A DNA stretch of 40,664 nucleotides from Patescibacteria group bacterium. GTDB taxonomy: Bacteria; Patescibacteriota; Microgenomatia; Levybacterales; UBA12049. Positions 26,031-36,326 of the stretch are shown piece after piece. The stretch spans positions 1 to 40,664 of the forward strand of contig JAMCZG010000030.1 of NCBI GenBank assembly GCA_023485715.1. The letters run 5' to 3'. A program made the position numbers and the translations under genes. Under the pieces are notes generated by a model that was not told where the DNA came from, did not search any database, and saw nothing but the letters and a program-made list of their open reading frames with translations. Each line of letters opens with the position of its first letter. The first letter of the stretch is position 1.

Positions 26031-27939
26031 ATTTTTTATTTAAATATATTATTATACCCGTTAGGCTAAAAATGGTTACAATACTTATTATAACACCGAT
26101 GTTAACAAACCCTTGCGGCATATAATAAATTTCGACAAAATCGGATCTATCGTTAATGACAAAACTATTAAACAGTTGTTTATATTTTTCAGATTTTATT
26201 TTTTTGCCGTCTGCTATCGCAATCCAATTCTCGTCGTAATTTTCGGAAAAAATAAGTCGCCCAATTATACCATTTTTAGCTTCAATTTTATACTGCGATG
26301 GACTTAATGCGCCCCAGGTTAATTTTGTGTCGCTGTTTTCTAAACGGAAACGGTCCATTGAACCAGGTACTTCAAACACTATTATTTTGCCAAATTTTTT
26401 TCTTTCTTTTAACCAGCTAATCTTCCTTAATCCATTAACGGTGTTTAAATATTTTCGCTCATCATACTTTCTGTCCTTAAGAAAAATTTCTTCTTTAGAA
26501 TCAGAAGGAATAACAACATATTTTATTGAGAATTCCTCTAGTAGACTTTCTGTCTTTGGATCGTTTAATTTTTCTAATTGGTCTTCCGGACGTGCTTTTT
26601 TGAATAATTCTTCTCCCATAACCACCGGGTGTTGATTTGAATAATACGCAAATCTTTGCACCTGGGGAATCCACAGGGATCTCGAAAATGTATTTTGACT
26701 AGACAGATAATCTTTAAATTGCAAATATTCTGCCGGAATCTCCCCCTGAGTAAATAATGTACCAAGCTTTGCATAAGTATTAGGAAAAACCAGATATATT
26801 AAATAGATAATTATAAATACTAAAATTAAATTAGGAATAAATTTTAGCCCACTATTATTTATTTTTGAATAAGCTATTTTTCTAATCGAATATATCGTGA
26901 ACGGAATAAGAAAAGAGTAAGAAATAGCTGTTAAAATATACCATTTCGAAGGGTCTCTAAACATTTTAAACCCAGGAAAATAATTAAATAGTGACAAATA
27001 CATGTCCCCAAATGGGCCATTTACTCCCTTGGAAAGAAATGAACCCAAAAGTCCGATTATGACAAAAAATATTATATTTAAATTCATAATTTTTGATCTC
27101 TTTTTAATAAAAAAGAGCGAAGAATAAGCAAATATTGGCAATAATATAAATTCCGGCCGCATGAAATATACTTTCCCAAAAATGTTTTCCGGCCAATTAG
27201 GATGTAGAAGCGAAATAGAGCGAGAAAAATCGGCAAAACTAAAAAATTTAACATTATTAACGTTGTCAAACCCCGAAGGCAGAGGGGAAGTTTTGAAAAA
27301 AATTAAGGGGAAAATCCAATAACCGTGCAACAACAGGGGGATAAAAATAATAACGGGCAAAAAAATGATTATTTTTTTAAAATTTTTCTTTAATATAAGA
27401 GCATCGAACACAAAAAACATTAGGATTGCGATAAGAGTTATATACAAAATTCGAGGATCAAACAAAAGTTGCAAAGATATGTAAATCGAAGCTACTATAG
27501 CATTTTTTGGTCGCGGATTATCGATAAATTGTTTAAATTTCATCAGCACGATCGGCGCAATAGAATATGCCAACGCAACACCCGATTGACCACCTAAAAT
27601 AACTAACAAAAAATATGTGTTTGCTGAGTATATAAAGCCGGCTAAAATCGCGAGTTTTGATTTTGATTTAGCGAAATATCTAAAAAGAAAGAATCCCGAT
27701 AAAAAAGAAAGGACAAAAGGTAATAAAAACCAGAAAAAAAAGTTTATAAAATACCAGGAGACTCCAAATTTACTAAAAAATGCCGTTAAATTAAGATAAC
27801 TTGTTATCCATAAAAACCCCAAAGAAGATTTGCCTAGTCCAGTATTTAAAGTTGAATCCCAAGCACTGGGGATTGAAGCGAACTCTCGAATTGTTTGGGG
27901 CCAGAAAAATCTCCAATCGCCGTTTGTAAAGGCCATCAT
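26023..27939 (-). CDS. Polytopic GT-C-like membrane protein (AftD-N/YfhO-like)
   Basis: NGDW, many TMs, FKMFRDPSKW, IKYVVI, FSENYDENW, YMPQ, then a C-terminal TM. Confidence 0.6.
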   Translation of the reverse strand: MMAFTNGDWRFFWPQTIREFASIPSAWDSTLNTGLGKSSLGFLWITSYLNLTAFFSKFGVSWYFINFFFWFLLPFVLSFLSGFFLFRYFAKSKSKLAILAGFIYSANTYFLLVILGGQSGVALAYSIAPIVLMKFKQFIDNPRPKNAIVASIYISLQLLFDPRILYITLIAILMFFVFDALILKKNFKKIIIFLPVIIFIPLLLHGYWIFPLIFFKTSPLPSGFDNVNNVKFFSFADFSRSISLLHPNWPENIFGKVYFMRPEFILLPIFAYSSLFFIKKRSKIMNLNIIFFVIIGLLGSFLSKGVNGPFGDMYLSLFNYFPGFKMFRDPSKWYILTAISYSFLIPFTIYSIRKIAYSKINNSGLKFIPNLILVFIIIYLIYLVFPNTYAKLGTLFTQGEIPAEYLQFKDYLSSQNTFSRSLWIPQVQRFAYYSNQHPVVMGEELFKKARPEDQLEKLNDPKTESLLEEFSIKYVVIPSDSKEEIFLKDRKYDERKYLNTVNGLRKISWLKERKKFGKIIVFEVPGSMDRFRLENSDTKLTWGALSPSQYKIEAKNGIIGRLIFSENYDENWIAIADGKKIKSEKYKQLFNSFVINDRSDFVEIYYMPQGFVNIGVIISIVTIFSLTGIIIYLNKKYD

Positions 27940-27942
27940 GAT

Positions 27943-28302
27943 TTATTTTTTTATCTTAATTTCTTTGAGAGAAAAGATTAAATAAGTAGCAATCATTAAA
28001 TAAATAAAAATTCCTAAAGGGTTTGTAATTTTTTCCACACGCAAAGACGAAAAAATAAAGCCCGGGATAAGTAAGTACAACGCAATCTTCAATAACGACT
28101 CCTTCTTTGGCCTAAATAAAATTAAAGCAACAATATAACTTACCAAAAATGGAAGGTCTGATACGGCAATCCTGACTATGTTTAAGTAAGGCCTATTAAC
28201 TACATAAGCTAATACTGCGTAAACAAAGACAGTAAACATTATTTTAACTATATTTAATTTTATCCACTGGTATGTATCGGTGACCGGGATTTTTATTTTC
28301 AT
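27943..28302 (-). CDS. Small membrane protein (about 4 TM)
   Basis: 119 aa, hydrophobic, ATGA-coupled to the upstream gene. Confidence 0.7.
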   Translation of the reverse strand: MKIKIPVTDTYQWIKLNIVKIMFTVFVYAVLAYVVNRPYLNIVRIAVSDLPFLVSYIVALILFRPKKESLLKIALYLLIPGFIFSSLRVEKITNPLGIFIYLMIATYLIFSLKEIKIKK

Positions 28303-31300
28303 AGTTTTTTTAATTTTAGAACACCGTAGGCTAACACTGTCAATACCAAAGAAATTAATGTAATTCTAAATCCAAGATTAACATAATCTTGCGGAAGATA
28401 TTTAATTTCCTTATTCTTTTGCGGACCGTTCATTATCCAACCATTAGCATAGCCATTTGCCTTAAATCTGTTATTCCCGACTCCGTTAATTTTCCAATTA
28501 TCACTAAACGATTCATTCAAAACAACGGCGTATTCATCGTTTTCTCCCGCGGAAGTATTTAAGTTATAACTCGTAGAAGTTTTTTTGTCGTATGTATAAT
28601 TTACCGGTTCTGTAAGATCGTTTGCACTCGCTCCGTAAGCGATTAAATCTGGAATATCCAGTTTTCTTATATTAAGACCCTCGATTCGGACCACGGGCGA
28701 TACTCTAGTTTCGTCTGTCGACGGGAATCCGCATATCGAAAATGTCACGTTTTGATTATTCTCTGTTAGCACCAGATCGTATATGTAGTTAACCAAATTA
28801 TATGTCGGGTATATTGCCTCCCCGCTTTTATAAAAAGGGTTCCCGTTATACTGTTGTACACCAGATAAATAATTGACAGACAAACCTAAATTATCTGATC
28901 CGGCAAGTCTTATATGCTGGAAAGTCACTCTGAAAATATCGTCCTTCATTCCTGTTATTTTTTTATCAAAGACCCAACATAAGCTATCGAGTCGCGGAGC
29001 TATTAGGAATTCCCTAGAACCATCGTACAGATTTACACTTTGCTGTTCAATTTCAAATTTATGATTGCCTTTTGGCAAGGAATATTTTCCCAAAGAATAC
29101 CAACCGGGACTTTGAATCTCGGGTCGCGCGGAATATTTTTTACCGTCGATCGAAAAATTAACCTCGCCTGGAAGAGTATAATTTTGATCATTAGGTTTAT
29201 ATATAAAATGGTATTCTCGCTCTAAGGGCACACTCAACAAAAACCTCTTTTTCGACTCCTCGGTCGATTGCCAAACGTTATTTCCGACAGAAGCAAAATT
29301 CTTTACTATCTGGTTGTAAACTGCGTCGAGTAATTGCGGCTGGTATCCTCCAGGTCTTGAATCTTCAAATGTTCGCATCGCTATAGCAACATACGCGTTT
29401 CTTTCCGTTTTTAACACATCGAATGCCTCTACTAAAAAATCGTTATCAATATTTTGCTGATCAGAAAAATATTCGTTTAAAGAAAGATCAAGTTTTTCGA
29501 GAGTTTGAGAATAATCATTAAATAACCCCGTTATAGTACTTACTTCTCTTTTTAAAAGAGTTCCCTTATCAACCGCCATGAGTTTTTCTAATGATTTATA
29601 TAAATAAAATTTGGGTTTGTCCTCTCTTTTTTGCAATGTGCTTAAAACTTTTTTCTCGGCGTTTTTTTCAAAAAACTCAACTATCGGATAAAAAACCGAA
29701 TCCCGTATAAGCAAAGGTAAATATGCTCCCGTATTAACAAATGTCCGCTGCAAATCACACGTAACACAATCTGATACTAAATAGACTGCATTAGTTTGCT
29801 TTAATGCCTCATTCTCGAACTTGCTTTCTTGCTCGGGAACAAAAATCGGCTCTTTGGGATTAGCAACCGACTGAGTAGAAAACAGTAAATATAAATTTTT
29901 AATCTTATTGGGAAAATAAGAAATACCCTTGGTTACTTCGATTTTAGTCTGGACATCGTTAGTATCTTTAAAATCATACACTTCCCAGTCCCCGAATTTC
30001 TTAACGAGATTAAGGTTTGGACTTTTAAGCGCGGCTTCGTACATAGACGGCGGATCTGTTGTTAACCCAGAAAGATTCCAATTGAAATCTTTGCGCAGAA
30101 GAAAGGATTTAAATCCTAAAAATTTTGCAAATTTTTCCCATCCCGGATCGTTTCTTTTCATCATATTGTGCAGTGATTGAATCAGCACCATTTCGTCTTT
30201 GGACATATACCCGTTTTCGTTAATTATCTGTGCATTTGTTAAAAGACTTGTTAGGGATTGCGAACTCCAAAAACCCCAATAATAAGCATCTATGTTCCAA
30301 TTAGGTTCTGGAAGAGCCAACGTTCTGACATTAATCCTGTCTTTGGAATCGCTCCATTTACCAAAATCATATATATATTGCGGGACATTCACTTTCATTG
30401 TTCTCTCGGGTTTCATATAGTCGAAAAACAGTCCGTTAAGAAAAGGGAAGCTGTATAAAACAACCGATGCGCAAAAAACTATAAGTAAAACATTCGATAA
30501 CGTTTTTCTTTTTATAGATAACGAACTTAAGAAATAACTAATTGTAAATCCGATTAAAACAGAATACGAGAACCATAAAGCAGGAGCGAATTTATAAAAA
30601 GGCGTTCTGAAGGCGATAAAACCCGGGACATAGGAAACAAGGAATGTATACAGGGGACCAAAAGGTGGGTGAGAACCGCCAACAAAAACCATCGACAAAA
30701 GTGCTAAAACAGCAAAGAAAAGTATCATTTTTCTAGTTTTTTTATCTTTAATTAACAAAAGGCCCAAAAATGCCCCGAGCGGTATCAGGTAACTTATACC
30801 AATTATTATTGGATTGTTAAGAAATATACTTGAATACGGATGATAGGAATTTTGATACCATTCTGGAACTCCTTGCAACCTGAGCAGATTAATAAGAGAA
30901 GAATAGCGGCTTATATAATCGATCCATCCAAGAACACCCGATACGCCGCCAGCTTGAGTCACAGCCGCAGAATAAGAATTTAAAACATAACTACCATACG
31001 GCAGTAACCAGTAGGCATTTATAAAAGCACTTACAACAAGAGTCGAGATCGACAATTTGAATAGATTAAATATTCTTCTTTTTGAGAAATCCTGGTAAAG
31101 ATAAAAAAAGATAAAAACTATGATCGAAACAATAAATCCTCCGAATAGTGGGATACTTGCTTCTCCGTTAAGAAAAAAAAGCGTTATAGAAATTAAAATA
31201 CTGGTCTTAAGTGTGGACCTTTTCTTGTCTTCCCAATCAAATAAAAATGCCATCACAAGAGGTAATGCGGCGTAAATCGAAAATTTTGTCCTTTCTACGA

Positions 31301-31724
31301 TAAGCCAGCCTTGCAACAAAAAGTGATTGATCATGTACAAAAGAGTTGCCGGAAGCGCAAAATATTTAAGGCCTAATCTTTTTTCGAGTTTTGAAGAAAA
31401 ATAAAGCATCGTCAGACCGGGAAGAACAAACCAAAATACAAAAACTATTTTTTGAAAATTTTGGAGTTTAAACCCGAGGAAAGATACTAATGCTTCTAAG
31501 CCGTGAATAAAAAAACCAGCCAATGCATAATTTTGATCATGACCAAAACCGAATCTCTCTGTCCAAATGCTAAGCCTGTCTAAAAAATGGGGAAGAGGAA
31601 ATAGTGTAAGACCCGAATCATGCCCCAAGATAACCTCATTTTTATGAAACCACAAAAGAGGAATTAATCCTAGAATCAATACAACAATAATTTCGAATAT
31701 TTTTCTTTTAGAAATTTTTTTCAT
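28299..31724 (-). CDS. Large GT-C-like membrane protein (AftD-N/YfhO-like) with a big extracytoplasmic region
   Basis: LGHDSG, many TMs, FIAFRTPFYKF, about 680 aa soluble part, LNESFSDNW, ANGYANGW, YLPQ, then a terminal TM. Confidence 0.6.
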   Translation of the reverse strand: MKKISKRKIFEIIVVLILGLIPLLWFHKNEVILGHDSGLTLFPLPHFLDRLSIWTERFGFGHDQNYALAGFFIHGLEALVSFLGFKLQNFQKIVFVFWFVLPGLTMLYFSSKLEKRLGLKYFALPATLLYMINHFLLQGWLIVERTKFSIYAALPLVMAFLFDWEDKKRSTLKTSILISITLFFLNGEASIPLFGGFIVSIIVFIFFYLYQDFSKRRIFNLFKLSISTLVVSAFINAYWLLPYGSYVLNSYSAAVTQAGGVSGVLGWIDYISRYSSLINLLRLQGVPEWYQNSYHPYSSIFLNNPIIIGISYLIPLGAFLGLLLIKDKKTRKMILFFAVLALLSMVFVGGSHPPFGPLYTFLVSYVPGFIAFRTPFYKFAPALWFSYSVLIGFTISYFLSSLSIKRKTLSNVLLIVFCASVVLYSFPFLNGLFFDYMKPERTMKVNVPQYIYDFGKWSDSKDRINVRTLALPEPNWNIDAYYWGFWSSQSLTSLLTNAQIINENGYMSKDEMVLIQSLHNMMKRNDPGWEKFAKFLGFKSFLLRKDFNWNLSGLTTDPPSMYEAALKSPNLNLVKKFGDWEVYDFKDTNDVQTKIEVTKGISYFPNKIKNLYLLFSTQSVANPKEPIFVPEQESKFENEALKQTNAVYLVSDCVTCDLQRTFVNTGAYLPLLIRDSVFYPIVEFFEKNAEKKVLSTLQKREDKPKFYLYKSLEKLMAVDKGTLLKREVSTITGLFNDYSQTLEKLDLSLNEYFSDQQNIDNDFLVEAFDVLKTERNAYVAIAMRTFEDSRPGGYQPQLLDAVYNQIVKNFASVGNNVWQSTEESKKRFLLSVPLEREYHFIYKPNDQNYTLPGEVNFSIDGKKYSARPEIQSPGWYSLGKYSLPKGNHKFEIEQQSVNLYDGSREFLIAPRLDSLCWVFDKKITGMKDDIFRVTFQHIRLAGSDNLGLSVNYLSGVQQYNGNPFYKSGEAIYPTYNLVNYIYDLVLTENNQNVTFSICGFPSTDETRVSPVVRIEGLNIRKLDIPDLIAYGASANDLTEPVNYTYDKKTSTSYNLNTSAGENDEYAVVLNESFSDNWKINGVGNNRFKANGYANGWIMNGPQKNKEIKYLPQDYVNLGFRITLISLVLTVLAYGVLKLKKL

Positions 31725-32407
31725 TTTTCACCAATATAAAATATTGGACTATTTATATAAGGGACAGGAATTGCAAATGGCATTATTATTTGCAACCGGT
31801 AATGTATTCTATAAAAAAAGGGCAGAAGAGAGAAACGGTTATAGAAAACTTTAGAAAATCCAATTCTTCTCATAATATCCAACCAATCCTTCGGATACTT
31901 TACGTTTATATGTGTTGGATCTTTGTGGATCCAATTATACGGATAAGGAGTGGACATAACAAGTACGCCTTTACTTTTTAAACTGCCGTACATAATTTTA
32001 ATCGCCTTTTCTGGCTTCTCTAAATGCTCCACCACCTCAAAGGCAATTATTATATCAAATTTCTTTTTAATCGGAATCCCTTTTTGAATATCGAAGGCCA
32101 GGAATTTTACTTGTGGAGAAAGTTTTTCCGCTCTTTGTATTGCATACTGTGACACATCCGATGCATAAACATTAAATTTTCGTTCCGAAAGAAGACTCGC
32201 AACCGCCCCGATCGAGCACCCTACCTCCAAAATATCTTTCCCGTCACCATTTTTTATCGGGACGTATTGATTAAGCTTCTTAAGCCAGGCCCAAAACCAG
32301 TTCCGCGACCTTTCCAAATCCTTATCTGTAAACTCGCCAACTGCCCTTTTAAACCAGCCTTTAAAATAGTACTCTTCGAATTTTTTGTCTGTTTTAATTG
32401 CTGACAT
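31721..32407 (-). CDS. Class I SAM-dependent methyltransferase
   Basis: ILEVGCSIG, FDIIIAFEVVEHL, MSTP, DPTHIN. Confidence 0.9.
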   Translation of the reverse strand: MSAIKTDKKFEEYYFKGWFKRAVGEFTDKDLERSRNWFWAWLKKLNQYVPIKNGDGKDILEVGCSIGAVASLLSERKFNVYASDVSQYAIQRAEKLSPQVKFLAFDIQKGIPIKKKFDIIIAFEVVEHLEKPEKAIKIMYGSLKSKGVLVMSTPYPYNWIHKDPTHINVKYPKDWLDIMRRIGFSKVFYNRFSLLPFFYRIHYRLQIIMPFAIPVPYINSPIFYIGEK

Positions 32408-34742
32408 TGTATGTAATTGTAGATATTATTCTCTCAACTTCTTCATTTGGCCGATCTTCCCCATTCACGATAACTCTTTCTGCTTTTTTACCAAGAGCAG
32501 TAATTTCAAACTCTTTGTCATGAGTATTGAGTGGAAAAAAATATTTAACATACTTCCCTTTTGTCGCGTATACTGTTGTAACATTATCCCCGTTTAACAT
32601 CGTGACACCCCTGAAAGTAAAGTTTGGTCCGATTGTATTTCCGTCCGAATCCTTAAACGGCGAAGCAAACGCGTCGATTCCGAGCGTTTCTGGCTTAGTT
32701 CTTAAAATTAACCTTAGATATAAATCATCGCCCTTATATTGGTCTTCAGAAATTAATTTTTCGTTTTTTGGATATACTATCACGTCAAAAAGCGTGTCTT
32801 GCTTTCCTTCAATATTTAACTCTTCAAGCTGCATGCTTTCAGGATATTTAAAAGTAATTTTTGCCTTTTCGTACTTATAAGTATTCCACTTTTTTAACTG
32901 AGAATAAGATGACATTCGTGAATAAGCCGCCCTTCTCGTCTCTTCCGTGATGTCTGTAATTTCATTTTTTATGCCGTCCCAAGAAAATGCATAAATATCC
33001 GACGAGTCAAACGAACCCCTCATCATTTCTTCGGCCATTTTGTTGTCCTGTATGTAATACCCAAACCCTCTTCCGGACTTTTCTATATAGCCTTCTCCTG
33101 CGATTCCCTTATTAACAAAATAATCGCTGTCGATAAAAAATTCGGGCAGTTGACCTTTCTTAAAATATAATACCGTTAAAGCTTGACCTAAATTTGTCTG
33201 GAACGGCGGAATCGGACCAAACCCATAATATCCCGTATTGCTTTTTACTAAAAATACCGACTTTTTGCCTAATTCTTGTGTGGTGTTCAATATTTTTTTT
33301 ATTATGGTTTTTCTTTGATGGCCCATCAAAGCGTAATTGCTTAAGGTTTTATTCACATAATATGCGTTTACAACAACCCATAAAAAAAGAAAGATAAAAA
33401 CTGCTCTTCTTGCGATTGTAAAAACACCGATATTTTTTTTCTTTAGCTTATCCGTTTTAGTTAACAGAAATACGATGAGTGAGGCAAAAATCAAACTTCC
33501 GCCGACCGACATTGGATACAAATGCCTTGAATCAAAAAGCGAAACATAACCAAACTTAGCGATTAATGAGTTTACTATAAAAATTAACGGCAGGACGCTA
33601 AAGATTATTATTAAGACCCCGATAATTATCGATTTTTTTATCGAATCGTTTTCTTTGGAAAAAAACTGGTACAGTTTATATATCCCTAGAATAATCGGAA
33701 CAGCTGCTGCGAACATAAACATTTCGATCCCTGCGCTTTGGGTAAATATTAAAAAGTTAGTACCTCTTACGCTTGCCTCCTGCGCATAATAAGGAAATCC
33801 CCATATTGTAATTTTTTCTCCCATCGAGTATATGATGTCGCTTGGTATAAAAGTTTGGGTAATGCTTTTAAACGACCATGTAATAGCTTTATAAATTAAT
33901 GTCGCATCTATGGTATTGAAAATCGTATAAAGATAAGGCGATTTCGTGGCGACATTTTGATTGTTTAACCAGTTCGTATAGATTCTAAAAATGATTTCGA
34001 CAACAAAAAGAACAACGAGAACTAACCCGAAAGACTTTAGATATTTAAAAGTATTTTTTAATTTACCGTTGTTTAAAAAATAAGCTACTAACGGATAAAG
34101 TATAAATAAAAAAAATGATGTTTCTTTGGAAAAAACCGCTAAAACCAAAAACAACAATGAAAACGCTTTATATTTTTGATTCTTTTCAATAAAAGAAAGT
34201 ACCAAGAAAATTAACGATAATAAGGAAAAAAGCATTGCGATTTGCACGCCCACAGCAGCGATCCACGAAACTGCGTGGAAATGCACGGATGAAACTGCAA
34301 AAAATAGTCCCGCCACAAAACCAAATAATAAATTTTTCCTGGAAATTAAATACGCAAGATAAAAGACACACAAAGAAACTCCGACATGAATAAGGAATGA
34401 AAAAAGCTGGTATAAAATAAAATTTATGCCAAAAAATTTTAATTCAAAATACGATATCGGTGACAAAACGGGTGAAAAATGCCCGGCGTATTGAGTCGGA
34501 TTAACAAAAACGTCAAAAAGCAATTTAAGATCGCCGATAACCGGTTTATTTAAAATGGAAAAATCTCTGGCAAAAAAAGTCCATTCGTCTCCCTGGAAAT
34601 ACCCTAAAAAAGCTTTTATATATATCAGAAAAGAGATAAAAATTATAAAACCGATCGCAGATTTAAATTTATATTTATCTGAGAGAAGTATTTTTGAATA
34701 CTGATTAATTTTTTTTATAAGAACCTCTAAAGCGACGGGCAT
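32394..34742 (-). CDS. GT-C-like membrane protein with a C-terminal PsbP-like soluble domain
   Basis: YFQGDEW, HFSP, HFHAVSWIAA, FSKETS, RHLYP; tail WNTYKY...ITFKYP...ERIISTI. ATG 34742 is preferred over TTG 34748. Confidence 0.6.
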   Translation of the reverse strand: MPVALEVLIKKINQYSKILLSDKYKFKSAIGFIIFISFLIYIKAFLGYFQGDEWTFFARDFSILNKPVIGDLKLLFDVFVNPTQYAGHFSPVLSPISYFELKFFGINFILYQLFSFLIHVGVSLCVFYLAYLISRKNLLFGFVAGLFFAVSSVHFHAVSWIAAVGVQIAMLFSLLSLIFLVLSFIEKNQKYKAFSLLFLVLAVFSKETSFFLFILYPLVAYFLNNGKLKNTFKYLKSFGLVLVVLFVVEIIFRIYTNWLNNQNVATKSPYLYTIFNTIDATLIYKAITWSFKSITQTFIPSDIIYSMGEKITIWGFPYYAQEASVRGTNFLIFTQSAGIEMFMFAAAVPIILGIYKLYQFFSKENDSIKKSIIIGVLIIIFSVLPLIFIVNSLIAKFGYVSLFDSRHLYPMSVGGSLIFASLIVFLLTKTDKLKKKNIGVFTIARRAVFIFLFLWVVVNAYYVNKTLSNYALMGHQRKTIIKKILNTTQELGKKSVFLVKSNTGYYGFGPIPPFQTNLGQALTVLYFKKGQLPEFFIDSDYFVNKGIAGEGYIEKSGRGFGYYIQDNKMAEEMMRGSFDSSDIYAFSWDGIKNEITDITEETRRAAYSRMSSYSQLKKWNTYKYEKAKITFKYPESMQLEELNIEGKQDTLFDVIVYPKNEKLISEDQYKGDDLYLRLILRTKPETLGIDAFASPFKDSDGNTIGPNFTFRGVTMLNGDNVTTVYATKGKYVKYFFPLNTHDKEFEITALGKKAERVIVNGEDRPNEEVERIISTITYNVSN

Positions 34743-34754
34743 AAACAAATTTTA

Positions 34755-34790
34755 TTCTAGTATCATACTAGAAGGTATAACTAAAATCAA
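34755..34790 (-). promoter_or_regulatory. Promoter overlapped by a perfect 19-bp inverted repeat
   Basis: TTGATT-N17-TATGAT; TTCTAGTAT-C-ATACTAGAA at 34755-34773. Confidence 0.6.
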
Positions 34791-34856
34791 TGTTATTATT
34801 TTAATGTCGGTTGAACTCAATTGCTAAGTTCTTTCTGATTTTATGTGAAAAATTTC

Positions 34857-34885
34857 TTTACAAAAATCTGTGCTTGATATATATT
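34857..34885 (+). promoter_or_regulatory. Putative promoter of the methyltransferase cassette
   Basis: TTTACA-N17-TATATT in an AT-rich context. Confidence 0.4.
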
Positions 34886-34920
34886 ACTTATCGATATTAT
34901 CGTGAATCAATACAAAACTT

Positions 34921-35673
34921 ATGTCTTTTAAAAAAATATTTAAGGACCAAAATTCTTATTTTGAATGGAGACTCGAAAGAATAAAAAATATCGAAAAACG
35001 TTTCCCAATAATTTTTGACGTGAGAGGAAAAAAAATCCTGGATATCGGATGTGGCCATCACGCGCCTTTAAGTTATTATCTATATCACCAAAAACGCGCA
35101 AAAGTATACGCCGGGGATATTAGTAAAACATCTGTCACTGCCGCTACAAAGAGGGTTGGAAAAGCAAACATATCCGTATTCTCTGCAGAGAAATTACCTT
35201 TTAAAAATAACTTCTTCGATCTTGTATATCTACTCGACATTTTAGAACACGTCAAAGATCCTTTTATGGCAGTTAAAGAGGCCAAAAGAGTTGTTAAAAA
35301 AACAGGATTAATTTTTATTGAATTCTCCCCTTATTATGGTTATCCAACGGGCCATCACTTATACCCGATCGGATTTCCTTTTGCTCTTCTACCTTTTCAA
35401 ATCATTCCTTTTTTTATCACCAAGAAAATTGTACTGAAATCGAAGTTTTCGATTCCTAATTTGGGTCGTCACCTTTTAGAACAATTCAAGCATTTAAATA
35501 AAACAAGTATTCATAAATTTAAAAAAATAATAAGAGAAGTTAAATTAAAAACTATAAAAGAAAAATACCTTATAATTTTACCCGAAAGAGAAATTAATAT
35601 AGACTGGACATCTCATTTACCTTTAATAAAAGAGGTTATTACCATGAGTTATTCAGGAGTTTTTAAAAAATGA
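34921..35673 (+). CDS. Class I SAM-dependent methyltransferase
   Basis: ILDIGCG, AEKLPF, FDLVYLLDILEHV, GHHL. Confidence 0.9.
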   Translation: MSFKKIFKDQNSYFEWRLERIKNIEKRFPIIFDVRGKKILDIGCGHHAPLSYYLYHQKRAKVYAGDISKTSVTAATKRVGKANISVFSAEKLPFKNNFFDLVYLLDILEHVKDPFMAVKEAKRVVKKTGLIFIEFSPYYGYPTGHHLYPIGFPFALLPFQIIPFFITKKIVLKSKFSIPNLGRHLLEQFKHLNKTSIHKFKKIIREVKLKTIKEKYLIILPEREINIDWTSHLPLIKEVITMSYSGVFKK

Positions 35674-36320
35674 AAGCAAATAAGCACTACGGTAAAAAAT
35701 ATTATTTATGGCAAAAAAAAATGGGGCAGCTCGCCGCAGATACAGACCTCTGGAAATTTGAAAAATTTATTAATAAAAATGATAAAGTACTCGACTTCGG
35801 CTGCGGTGGGGGATACATATTGGAAAAATTAAACTGTAAAAAAAAATATGGTGTCGAAATTAATCCTGTGGCGATAGAAGAAGCAAAAAAACGGAACATA
35901 GAAATTTTTACAAAAATCGATGATATTCCATTTGCTCTCAGATTTGATTCGATTATTTCTCATCACGCCCTAGAACATATCGAAGATCCTTTTATTGTTT
36001 TAAAGACGTTAAAAAAATATTTAAAAAATAAAGGTAAAATGATTTGGGTTGTACCCATCGACGACTGGAGAATCCAAAAAAAATACACAGAAGATGATAT
36101 TAATCAACACTATTTTACCTGGACGCCTTTGATATTGGGAAATTTATTCGCTCGAGCTGGATATAAAGTGAAAGATATAGAAATTTTTACTCATGTTTGG
36201 ATTCCTTTCAGCAACATTTTTTTAAAAATTATACCTAAACCGATATATTTTTTTCTCTGTAAAATCTGGAGCGCTATTACTTTAAATAGACAGATGAGGA
36301 TAATCGCATTAAAAAAATAA
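35670..36320 (+). CDS. Class I SAM-dependent methyltransferase
   Basis: VLDFGCGGG, GVEIN, FDSIISHHALEHI. Confidence 0.9.
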   Translation: MKANKHYGKKYYLWQKKMGQLAADTDLWKFEKFINKNDKVLDFGCGGGYILEKLNCKKKYGVEINPVAIEEAKKRNIEIFTKIDDIPFALRFDSIISHHALEHIEDPFIVLKTLKKYLKNKGKMIWVVPIDDWRIQKKYTEDDINQHYFTWTPLILGNLFARAGYKVKDIEIFTHVWIPFSNIFLKIIPKPIYFFLCKIWSAITLNRQMRIIALKK

Positions 36321-36326
36321 ATTACA

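Noticed and set aside
34743..34920. ncRNA or terminator in the longest intergenic gap
   Set aside because: No GC-rich stem or U-tailed hairpin; divergent promoters account for it.
35713..35721. A9 run and other homopolymers as phase-variation sites
   Set aside because: Expected in Lys-rich, AT-rich genes and the frames are intact.
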